Below the pieces are notes generated by a model that saw nothing but the letters and a program-made list of their open reading frames with translations, had not been told where the DNA came from and did no database searches. 64,000 bases of DNA from Octopus sinensis. Lineage: Eukaryota. Positions 37,556 to 50,335 of the stretch are shown here, piece by piece (the stretch's first letter is position 1; the number at the start of each line of letters is the position of its first letter). A program made the position numbers and the translations under genes. The stretch spans positions 160,890,001-160,954,000 of the forward strand of contig NC_042998.1 in assembly GCF_006345805.1 (NCBI RefSeq), written 5' to 3'.

Positions 37556-39245
37556 CATCAGGTAAATATTAAATCAAATGAACATTGTTTCTTAAAAGAA
37601 ACTAAGTAAAAAAAAAGATTATATATTTTTTTTTGTAATTTTATTTATATATAAAACCCTTTGATGTAATTATCTATAATAAGCAAGATCATATCCTGTT
37701 GTTCACTATTTTATACACTCACACATACAATATCCATATATGTAACACACACACATGCACACATCTGCATTTGTAGACATACATACATGCAAACAATTTG
37801 CTCAAGTGTATACAAATATGGAGAGCAGAACAACATTCTTAAAAAGGTATCAATGTCTAAAGGAACTTTTAAATTTCCATTAAACAGTTTTAAGGTTTGT
37901 TAGAAGAAAACAAAAATTTAAGAATATCCACAGCAAATAGTAAGTAGTACCAAAATTTGATAACTCTTTTTTGCTATGTATTGTCTTGTAAGTTTATAAA
38001 TTTAGGTATTATTTAAGTAATATAAGTTTTTTTAAAATTCTTTTTTAATTACTGTTAAAAGTCTGAGTCAAAGATAATAGAACAGATGCATGCCACTGCA
38101 AGCATACAAGACTGATTTATAAAAATCTTACTAGATTGTAGCATTTATATTAAGAACTTAATTCAACTTGATCCAAAAAACGTTTACCATTTTCTTCTAG
38201 TGAAATGGTACTGTCAAGCTGATGAATGTTTATTAAGGTATAACTAGTTTTGTACAAATTTAGTCCTTTGAAAGTATTAGAAACTTTCTCTTTCCATTCC
38301 AATCAATGAATTATATAGTAAAATGTATGTGCATGTATTTCTTATACATATATGTGTGCATACACATATATTTATGTATATGCATACATATCCACACACA
38401 CACATTCATATGTACATACATATATGTATGTATATATATAGATATATATATATATATATACATATGCACACACAAATACATGTAACTACACAAATTGTTT
38501 AAACACACTCTCCATCACACAAGTCTATTCATATCTACATGATTCATTCATTGTTTATTTTCTGATAGAAAAATGTTGGTATTTACAATGTCTTTTTAGT
38601 TACAAAAAACAAAACACTGTCATATCTACTTTAATTGCACATAAAAAAATCTGACTAAAATAAATAACAAAACAACTGGGGCACTGCTTTCGGAACTGAA
38701 AGCCTGCTTCAAACCAAAAAGCTGCACCTTAGAACACAAAGTGAAGAAATTCCCACAAATTTGAACTTTTGTATCTAGCTTCAAACTCATATTTTTTCTT
38801 CATTTCCAAGCAAAATATTTTACATTTAGTGGAGATTTAAGCCAAATGAAATACTAACATGATGCAAAACTTAAATCTTTTAGATTCTTCTAACATAAAA
38901 ATGATAAAAATTGTAATGATGACGATGGTAATAATAGTATTAAAGGTAAGGGGGAGGCGTCTATAAATTTTATCAAACCAAATATTAAAAAAATCAAAAA
39001 TAGTAAATATTCGATGTCAAAAGAGTTCAAAACAACAAATAGATTTAAAAGAGTTTCTTTTTTGTTTCCTTTTGTATTTGTTTTTGTGTCAAGTTCAATC
39101 CTCTGTGACATGTTTAAAAGCAAAAGTCACAATTAACTGCCGACTGAATCAACACATTAGTTCTATTATTATTATTGTCACCATCAGCTTAAATTGTAAC
39201 TTTTTCTGTCGTTGAAGGTATTAAAAAAAGTCATTACATACATAT

Positions 39246-39248
<3 letters not shown>

Positions 39249-39333
<85 letters not shown>

Positions 39334-39353
39334 TGTGTGTGTATGTATGTATG
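39249..39353. repeat. (TA)n(TG)n microsatellite
   Basis: Seen directly in the sequence. Confidence 0.95.
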
Positions 39354-40803
39354 AAATGAAAGTATAAAATATTAGGAAAATGTCTGATTTAGAGTTTAGC
39401 TAGTTCTTAGTTAAACAAATTGAACTTTTACCTATAACCAAATTTAATACTTTATGCTTCAGTTGTGTATAAGTTATGCTGAGAACCAGTTTATCATTAG
39501 ATCAAATTGCTTAAAATGTTCATAGTACTCAAGAAAGAGAACATAAGTTTTGACAGAATATATATAAGTCGGGAAACTTCTTAATATACAAAGTGAACTT
39601 GTAGAATCCCTTTTTCAAAGTGAAAATCTAGGAAGCTCAAGCTCCAAGGATCTTTACTGGTCTTTTTTTTTTCCCCACAGAAACGTTCAGGTTTATCAAT
39701 TTTTTTTATATTTCAAAGAGTATAACAGAAATGAGTTTTAAGAGTAACTTTTTTTTACATTTTGCTTTCTTCATTCCTTCAAAAGTTTTCATAATTATGA
39801 TATTAAAGCAAGAGTTTTCAAATGGAACCACAAAAATGTTTAAATAACAATATCTACATTTGTACAAGTCTATCAATATCTGTGTTTTTACTAAGAACAA
39901 AATAAAAATGTAAATAATTTGTGAACCCTTTATGTAAATTGTTTAATAAGAACATATAGAAATAAAGCTACAAACTTGCTACAAAGAAATTTAAAAAATT
40001 AGAAGGGTTTTACCGATTGTGAATATTGTGGGATCAAAAACGGTACAAGAATGGTTAGTAAAATCTCCATCTTGATTTAAAAAAAAAAACTCTTCATTTT
40101 TGATATTGAGGCAGGCAGGGTAAGTGTAATAAGTAAGAAAAAAAAAGACAAAGCAAAACAAAAAAACCCCAAAACATCAAATTATGGATTTGTAAATTAT
40201 ACCATAATATTAAGTATAAAATTGTAAGTACTATTTTAATGTATTTAAAATAGTATTGCCGACGTTAAGTTTTATGAGTATCTTTCTTTTAATGTTCTCT
40301 TTTTATATCACAAGTAATTTTAAAGAGTAAATTGTTTGAAACATGGAGCATATTCATTTCAAAACGAATTACTATTGAACAAATGGAAATATATCAGATA
40401 CGAAACAAAAGAAATGAAAATGTTAATTATGAGGTTATTTTGAATTGTTGAGAGTTGTTCCAAGTTCATGAAATAACAAAAGTGTAAAATTTAGCTAAAA
40501 GCTTCTGAGTTTCTTTGTTATCGATGATATCCTCATCATATTAATTGATGTAATTATTGAAAGTTCTATGTAGGTAAAAATCTCAATGGAGTTGAACAGC
40601 AAGTTAACCGGGTGGATGTGGATAGACAAAAGTTTAAGTTATGCTTTGACGAACCAATATAAAAGATATTGGTAAACAAACAGAAGAGAAATGGATATTC
40701 TACTCGTATAAAGTAAATAACAATCTATGAAGCAAATAGAATAAGTATGAAAAACATACATGCATGTATGTGCATGTGTGTTATGAATATATGTGTGTAT
40801 ATG

Positions 40804-40835
<32 letters not shown>

Positions 40836-43800
40836 TATATATATGTACATATATATACATACACACACACACACACATACACAGCAAAATAATGTAAATA
40901 TTGTGGCTTTCTAACCGAAAGTCTGAGTGAGAGATTTTTCGATAATGTAAAAGTGGTGAATTAAATTTTAAAAACATTAAAAAAAAAATTGCTAACCTCT
41001 TAACTATTTGCCTGGCAGATGGTCCAGCAAGCACTAAATTATTTGCCAGGCATACAATATATATATATAGACACATTGTACCCATATGTATTAAACAACA
41101 TATTTGTTAAGATTGCTCCTCTCCTTGGCATCATTGAAGTAATATGAAACTGAATGGGAATGGAGAAGGAAAATAAAGAGATGTAGAAGAGATTAAAGGA
41201 ATATGCAATATGGAGAAATTACTGATATAATGTCTCTTGACTGGCACCAACAAGGACTATTTGCCTGTCAATGTAAATAATCCAACACTTATCATCGTCA
41301 TTAATAGTCGCCACCTTCTCCCTACTGCTGCCTGTATGTCATGCTTAAGGTGTATGTTACAAGAAATTTGCAAGAGCAACATAGATCATGGATCAAACAT
41401 GTATAAAGTGATAGAAAAATGCTGCTTTAAAACTGATTAAGCATCATCACAGTATTTGTAGACACTAAATGTAGAGTTTTCTCTTTTTTTTTTGTTTTTT
41501 TGCCAGACATAGTTGAAATTTGATGTAGTTGAAATTTGTCAGACATACTGGAAATTTACAAGTTGTAGAAGTTAAATTTTGCCAGACTTTGTTAAAATTG
41601 ACCAGACATAGCTATTTTGCTAAATGTATTTTGTCACTATAATTTTCTTTCGCTCACTCTTTCTCTCTCAGCTTGATGTCACTGTTTGTTTTTGATTTTT
41701 GTTTAAAAGTTATTATCATCATCATTATTGCTTATATGATAATAAAATTGTGACAACTGGAAGGCAAGTAACTGGCAAAGCCAAAAATTATTCAAAATGT
41801 TAACAAAGGACATTGTTAATAGTGACGAGCTGAAAGAATACATTAAAGGGACTAAATAGAGCAGAATAGTTTTCTTATAGCTACTGATATTTAGTTTTAT
41901 GGCATTGCTGTTATAAAGTTTTATTGCCAAGATTTTGTGTGATCTTCAGTAAAACTGTAGTAATGTAAGATTTTATGAAAATTCTGAGTATTAATTGACA
42001 GACTCTAATAAACAGAAACCATCATCTGGTAAAATTAAAAACAAAAAAACAAAAACCCAGAAAAATTATTGAAAATTTTAATGCATTTCCCCCCAGAACA
42101 ATTTAAAAAGAAATCTCTAAGTTTTCATAGTGTAAAAATGAATTTAAAGTAAGTACAATAGTTGACACTGAAAATAAATAAACTGGATAATATAGAATGA
42201 AAAGAAAAACCAAACAAATAACGAAAGAAAACAAACTATCATATAAGGTATAATTGATTATTTTTTAAAAAACGAACTGTTAACTTGTATGAGAGAACAA
42301 TATTGGAGATGCAGGGTTCAGTTTGCTCATTGGAAAACAATCCAGCTATAAGAAGTGACAGAGGTCTAAGTCAGTGTGTTCATGCGTGTGTATATGTGAG
42401 ACAAATAATAAGGCTAATATTCAAATGTACCAATAATATGAGTCTTAATTATTGCTCTGGTCTAAGATTTACATCATTTGTCCAACCTTTTAAGAACTAA
42501 GTGATTTCTTCTTTCAGATTAAAAAAAAAAATAAATAAAAGTAAATAAATGAAACTCAAACTATAACGTACAAATATTTCAATATGGAAGGGAATACATA
42601 AACGAAACACAAAAGAAAAACTTGCCTATCCTGCAGGTCATGAGAAGGCTTTTACTGAAATTCTCTTTTCTTCTCTAAGTATTCATCTTAGAAAATTAAA
42701 ATAAAAAAGAAAAGAAAAACCAACAAAAAACAAAAACAAAAGGCAACTTTTGTCCTTTAATATTGCAATGAATAGGACAAAGTGTTGAATTAGAGTTATA
42801 ATAGAGCAGTTCTTTATATAAGTTAAAAGTTGTTCTGATTTACAGTCTCTGATGTAGAATTTCAGAAAATTTTTGTTTTGATGTACATACATAAAAAGAA
42901 ATGCTTTTTTTTTTATATACACATACTCTACAGCCATGCATATAACCACACACACATACATATATCATCATACACATTAGTAGCATTCACACAGGTATAT
43001 ACATATATATGCATGTATATACACACAACTTGAAAGACCATTAACAATTATGTTAAATTGTTTTCATAAATGATAATAAATAATAGAAAGAACTCGTGCT
43101 TTTATATCTTGAGATTGTAATTTTTAGCTTTTACTTGCTATACCATAATTCATTGCTTGATTTTTTTTCATAAAACAACATATTAAGACTTATAAAGGAT
43201 AAAAAACAACAAAAACCCAAAAAACTAGAATGTGAGAAAAACAGAGAGTCAGTGTTGCCCCCACTCAAAACAAAAAAAAAAAGAAAAGAAGTGGTTAATA
43301 AAATTTGCATTTAAGATTAAGCTTGTGTGGTGTGAAGGGTTTTAATCTTTTAGGCAAAGCTCTTCCTTGCTTATAACACTAGAATTCACCTCTTCTCACA
43401 GCACACAGACTGACCATAATTTTCAAATTTTATTATACCTTGTTTTTCTCTATTGCCAATAGAAGCATGGGTCGTTATGTAGTCAGAACTAGCACAGACA
43501 AAGAGAGGTTTATAAGACAAAGGGGAAATCATGAAGACATTTTATTTTATAAAAGGATTGGAAATAAAAGATATTGTGTGTGTTTGTATATGTTTGTGTG
43601 TGCATGCATATGTGTTTAAATAGAATCAAATGCAGACTATTTCAGCAAGTCATCTGTTAGGAATAGGACACTTTGCTCAAATTTATTGGTTGTTTATATT
43701 TTCATGCAAAGATTTAATTTTTAATAGCAATGAAACATATTATATGTTTAAGAATGCTGATCTATCCCAAAATGTACGACACACATATTCCAATAGTACT

Positions 43801-44194
43801 ACATAATCAAACTTATAATAAATGCTTTGTTCTTTTTATTACTTCGTCTGAACTCTTATATTTCAAAACAAATCTTCATACACTTATGTAATTTTTGTAG
43901 ACTTCCCAATCCAGTGGTTTTCTTTTTTTTTTATATATTGATAAATTGTGATTCTCAATTGGATAAAGGAATCTAAAATCTAGATACTGCAGAAATGGGT
44001 GGCAATAAAAGAAAGTAAAGTTCAGCAGATCAATGTTTGCAGAAGCTTTGACCAATGTAATATAATATAAACACCTATGAACTATAATCAGGTATTTAGT
44101 CAATAAATGTGGAAAGCGATTGATTGCATCCCACATATAAAGAAATGGATCATACTAGTATTATAGCAATTATACTTATAATGACTTTGTTTAT

Positions 44195-44360
44195 TGGCAC
44201 CAGATCATACATTTGGAGAAATTGGGGTAGGTTATAGTTGATTGAACATCTGTACATGCTTGGCACATATTCTATCACCTCTGAGGGCAAAGATGAAAGG
44301 CAGAGTCGACCCTGTGGGTAGGGCTTAACTTAAAAATCAGAATGTAGATGGAATTAAATA
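44195..44360 (-). mobile_element. Old, decayed SINE family A-like copy
   Basis: AAGATGAAAGGCAGAGTCGACC block. Confidence 0.55.
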
Positions 44361-46117
44361 CTATTTAACCTGATGTTATATTGTTTTTGTTTCTAGCAAT
44401 TTATAATTTTAAAAAGCACAAATATTTCTTTCCGTCATATTTATTGAAATAATACTTATCTAGTTTGTGAAATTAATAAGAAAACTTATGTAAGGCAGAA
44501 ATTTTATTGAAATATTTAAACACCCTCTATCATTTATCAAATATTGAGTTGAAACTTAATAACTATGAAGATGTATATAAACTATAAAAAAGTCAGCCAA
44601 AATTATAATTGTTTTCATTGTGAAATTTTATGTATTTGATTCATATAAAAATTTGAAGTTTATGTGAGAAACAATTTCTTATTAAGACCATTCCTTCATA
44701 AACTTATCTGATTTTTCTATCCAGCTACATAAACTAGCTTATTTTATTTTCAGTCATGAGGATCTACAGAGGGCCATTGTTTATACCAGGTTTGTGCAAC
44801 ATAAAATCTACCCTAAATAAAATGATGGTTCATTGCAGGTAGCCTTTCCTCTTCTTTCCAGAGGAAATGAAACCAATACTACAAGCCAATGAAATGCTCA
44901 TCAATTCTGCAGTGCTGCTGCATTGAATTATTCCACCATGTGAGACACTGAAATCTAGGTGGACTTAGCCAATGAGATCTAAGTACCTTGGTCATGGATT
45001 TAACACAGTGCTAGTGAGATGATATGATTTGATAAACCCACAATTGGTTGTCTGGTTTCTTTCTTATTGACTTGACTAAAATGCTCTCCTATCAGATTAT
45101 AATCCTTACATTTATTAAACCCTTTTATCACAAAAGGAAAACTTGTGAATGTGCGGCAAGGAGATGAGGCAAGAGGGGAGAAATAACTATTGTAAAGATT
45201 TTGTTTCATCATTTAAGTTTTGAGATTTTTGGTGCATTAAATCATACTTTTTTTATACAGTAAAAAGAAATCTATTGAGCAATAGTATATTATCAAAGAC
45301 AAATGGAAATAAAAGAAAAAGAAACAAGTAGTAGAAAGGATTCGGAAACCAATGTTATTCATGTTGAAATAGTCTGTAAAAGTATTTTACAGCTGTGCAC
45401 ATATATGCTACGTGAAGTGTATAGATGAGAAAAAGGTAGGAAAGGAATTAATAGTGTACAAAGTTGACAGAAAAAAATGTAGTGGAATCTATTTTCTAAT
45501 GGAAAGGTACCATCTTTCAATGTGTGATCTCTAAACAAGAGTGATAAACACTGGATTCATAATTATTGACAAACTCAAGTATGATAAATGGTTGGCTTTC
45601 ATTCCTATCGTTTCCAACATTTTATTTATGCTTTTAATCTCAATCTCAGACCTCTTCTTAATTATGAATGTAAACAAAAGAAAGAAATAGAAGTTGAAAT
45701 TTAAAAACAAAAGCCAACTTTTTAATCTTCTAACCTTTGTTTTTCTTATATTATACATTGATTTAACAAAGTAAGTTCATATGCTTCAATATATATTAAA
45801 TCTAATACAAACTGTCGAGAGCATACAAATACAGGAGGCAGTGCAAATACTAGAATTGTAAATTACTTGTATCAAAGTTGATTTCAGAAACTTACTAGAC
45901 AAATATTTTTTTTTACTTCCATTAGAAATAAAAAATATGTAAGCTATGTTCTGTGTTACTGTTCAAACACAAAAAGAACTTAAGAGAAAAGCGAGAAAAA
46001 ATAACAAGACAATATAAAAAGAGTGTTTTGCATATTAGTTTAATATCTGTTTCTTAAATGATAAAATTGATTTCCCAATCCAAGATGTATATGTGTGTGT
46101 CTTTGGTTGCACTTATA

Positions 46118-46150
<33 letters not shown>

Positions 46151-47784
46151 GTTTGTATCTTTATGTTTCCTTGTTGGTATGGTATGCAACGTAGCAAGTC
46201 AAGTGAAATTGCTCTTAAAGCAGTGACCATACATAGAATATTCAAGATAATTGTACACACGGCATGCAGCAAAACCAGGCTAGCATACTCAAATATCACA
46301 CCCTAAATGTTAGGAGGACTGAATACAAGCAAGACCACTGCTTGCTATTAAAGAGAAAATATATATATATATAGAAAAAGAAAAAAATTCCTGCAACCCA
46401 GAATTAATTTTGTCATCAAATAATTCTCAAACAAACTATGGAAATGCATCTGTAACTGGCCCCTACTACCACCTGGAAAGCAAATATCTTTCTCCTAGTT
46501 GATTAAAAAAAAGAACGTTGTACTTTTTTGTGTTAAAAATGTTTTTAAAATTATTTTTGGTTCATTTTCTTTGTTTAGCCATCTGTTAAAAAAAAATCAT
46601 CTGAAGTTATAATTAACATGCATAACATTATTAAAATGGATTATAAATCCATATATAAAAATGCATAAAATTTGTTAATGGTTCCTTATATTTTTGCATG
46701 GAGCCCACTAATAAAAGCTATGAAAACTTTTTACATTGTTTATACATCTGACGTTTCAGTGCACATATTATTTCTACAAAAAAAAAAAAGTGTAAATCAA
46801 CAAAACCTCAGTAATAATAGAAATAATGGTTAAAAAAAAAGGCTTCTAAAAATACAGTTATGTCTTTCTGATTACAGTGCACTTTGAAATCAGATAGGTT
46901 TTTTAACGACAGCACACTCAATGTCCTCTAAATCTATACACAACAAAAACAAGAAAAAAAATCATGAAAATTAGAATAAATAAGAAAAAAAACAATTATG
47001 TTGTTTGAAACATTTTAAAAAGAGAAACTTAAGTGCAATAATAATAATAATAATAATAATAATGATAATAATAATAATAAACATATATTCAAAATGAAAA
47101 AAAAAACAAACACAACAAATGCAAATAAAAAAAATAAAAGTGACATGAAATAGGTAAATAATAATTATATATATATATATTGTTTTTGGTCAACTACAAG
47201 TTTGTCTGCAATTTGTAAAAGGCTTGTGCCATCTATACAGACAAAACTCAGCAACAACACAGAGTGAAAGCTATGACATCATATTTGTCATATGATTGTG
47301 TCAACGACTGTGTACCAGCATGCTCACATTTCCTAACAGACAAAAGGTGAGGTATTTTAACTTTTCTCTAGACACTGCATAATGTGATTAGGAATAAAGA
47401 GAAAGTTTAAGAATATTTCTTTTTTTTTTGTCCTTTGCTTCCAACTACTTGCCATTTTGTTTTGATTTTTTTTGTTTCAATTTTTGACCCTTCAAAATTT
47501 CTTGAAGATATTTTAATTCTTTTTAAACATTTAAAAAATTTATCATGAAAATCCATACAAAAATTTGTTATAAAAAAAGTCACATTTTTTTTTCTTGCAT
47601 CAAAGTAAAGTTTTTAGTTTTCGCTAAGGTTAGTCATAACATAAGCGCAAGGAACTTGTTTAATTTGCTTTTTTCTTCCATGATTTTTTTTAAAATTTAA
47701 TTTAGAAAATTCATGTAAAACAAAATTATTTTACAACTTTTTAGTTGATTAGCAGTCCAGTTTATTTATAAAAGCAATTATATT

Positions 47785-47932
47785 GCAGTGCTGATAGTCA
47801 ACTAACACACTGACTTGTTAGTGGACAACTAACGCATTGCTTGCTAGGGACAGTGAACACCTTGTGCTGGTTGTCAACTAACACAGTACTAGTGGTCAAC
47901 TAATACAATGCAGTGCTAGTGGTCAAATCACC
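47785..47932. repeat. Cluster of five ~17-bp motifs, consensus TAGTGGTCAACTAACACA
   Basis: Copies start at about 47795, 47819, 47868, 47890 and 47917. Confidence 0.8.
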
Positions 47933-48294
47933 TCAAAAATGTACGTTAGCATTTGGAGCATAGCACTGTCCAATTTTACAAACATATTACATAGCAAAAA
48001 TTCACACTGCTATCAAACACACACTCACATACATGCCTTTATCACGTTACATCACATTATGCAAACTGATTTTTGTAAAAATGAAGCGTTGAGATCTTTT
48101 CACCTAAGGCAAGTTAAATAAATAAATTAAAATAAATTAAATAGATATGACTTAATTCACAAAGTGAAAAAATCCCAACAATATACATTGCATTCAGATA
48201 TATAGGGAAGAAAGAAAAAAAAAACTGCATTTTGAACACAGTAGTTCTAAAAATATCAGAAGTACATGAATTTCTTTTTGTTTTGTTAAATACA

Positions 48295-48297
<3 letters not shown>

Positions 48298-48369
<72 letters not shown>

Positions 48370-48383
48370 ATATTATATATATA
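48298..48383. repeat. (TA)n microsatellite
   Basis: Seen directly in the sequence. Confidence 0.95.
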
Positions 48384-49174
48384 ATAAAAATGATTGCACA
48401 AAATGTTATTTTAAAAAAGCTTACTAGAATCTGGCCTTATAGTCAAATAAGAAAAAAAAAAATTGTATGAATATATAACTATTAAAGCAAATAAATAAAC
48501 TCAAGAAGATGATACGTTTCTAAAATGCCAACATTTACACATTATCATTTGTAATGGATTTGTATTTGTTCATCTTTCAGTAAAATTCACACAAATTTAA
48601 AAGTTTTGATCATTTTGCATGAACACTCTATTTCATTTGAATTCAGAAGAAATACTGATTAATGGAAGATAGAAACGAAACAAAAATGAAAGAAAGACAG
48701 AATGAATGAGGTGTTGTTTTGTAATATTTGACAGTACTATTGCCTTGTTTTTATTAGTTTCTGAGCAGAAAAGTCATTAAAAAAAGAAAATTCAAATGTT
48801 TACAACTTATTACAAACTACCTATAACTGTCTATACCCTATGGACAGTTACTTTTTACTGGAGCACATTTGTAACTTGATTAAGATTTTATGACTACAAT
48901 AATGATATTTAATTGTTTACATACCAAAATGTTCTAGGTAAGGATATTTTAAACAATTTGGTCATAATTGTTTCTGTTTAATATAGATAGATAATTATAA
49001 ATGCCTGATATCCAATTTTTACCAGAAGGAAAAACTTGTAATTAAGAATCATTATTAATAATTTTTTTTTTTACATATATGGGAACAAAGCTTCATATTT
49101 GCAGAGAAAGGTTTTCAGACTTGTGTCACATTAACCTTTTTCTCAAGGTCACTAGCAATGAATCATTATTGATA

Positions 49175-49380
49175 TTGATTTCTAACTTGGCAAAAAGCCA
49201 TATATGCGTAAGGAAGGTATGCAACTAATTGGATTGTACCTCATTATATTACCAGTACTTATTTTTCTGAGGGTGGCGATGAAGGGCAAGTCAATCCCTT
49301 GGGGAGATTTAAAATTAAAACACTAAGGGTTGTAACCAAATATCCAAAGTATTTTGTCTAGTGCTATCTGTTTGTGTTAC
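49175..49380 (-). mobile_element. Old, decayed SINE family A-like copy
   Basis: ACCAGTACTTATTT...GATGAAGGGCAAG block. Confidence 0.5.
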
Positions 49381-50128
49381 TCCACTTTCCTATTGTTAAT
49401 ATTATCATTAAAAATCAGTTGTTTTCAAATGACAGCAAAGGTATATTAAACTCATGTAAATTATGCATGTTTGTGTATGTAGTGAGTATATATGTGTTCA
49501 GACGGCAACTCTTCTTTTAAGCAAATATGATTAGGATCATGATAAGTGTTTAGTTTTAGCAATTTCTCCTTCAAATGTTTTGCCTTATTTATATTCTATA
49601 ATAAGAAAATATAGAAATTTCCTGTTATCTCTATACTTTGAGAGTCTTACCCACCACTTAACCAAAAATTATGCAAAAGTTACTAATGTATAGTAGTTTT
49701 GGTACATTCATATCTGTATTTTTTGTACATGTTTAAATGTTGAAGTTAACTTTAGAAAATAAAACAGAAAACATTGAATTTAATTCCAATATTTAGTCAA
49801 AGAAATAAGCATCCTCAATAAATAAATTTTAAAATTTCATTTCAAATAAAGAAATGGGAAAAAAATACCAACAAAAATTTGTATCCTGAAGGGTAGATAA
49901 TATGAGTAAATTTAAAGCAGATGAAGAGATAAGATATGAGATCAATTAAATATCTAGAGGTTTCTTTAAAGAATATCAGAGGGATTGTTAGCTGCAAACA
50001 TTATTTTAAGGAAGAAAACAAAATAAATGATAATTTTTTTAAATACCTGCCTTAGGTTCTTCTATAGTAATAAATGTATGTATATATGTATATATTGCCA
50101 CATGTGAGTGTGTATTGTTTGTGCAACT

Positions 50129-50335
50129 TTACATACATGTATATATACATACATATATATATATATACATATACATATATGTGTGTGTATACACACACAA
50201 ACATATATACATGTATATATACACATGTTTATATATACACACACAAACATATATACATGTATATATACACATGTTTATATACACACACAAACATATATAC
50301 ATGTATATATACACATGTTTATATATACATATAGA
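50129..50335. repeat. Higher-order ~44-46-bp tandem repeat built from (AC)/(AT) microsatellite
   Basis: ACACACACAAACATATATACATGTATATATACACATGTTTATAT repeated three times. Confidence 0.85.

Noticed and set aside
47785-47932. CRISPR-like repeat/spacer appearance
   Set aside because: Eukaryotic context, degenerate short repeats, irregular and very short spacers, no cas genes.
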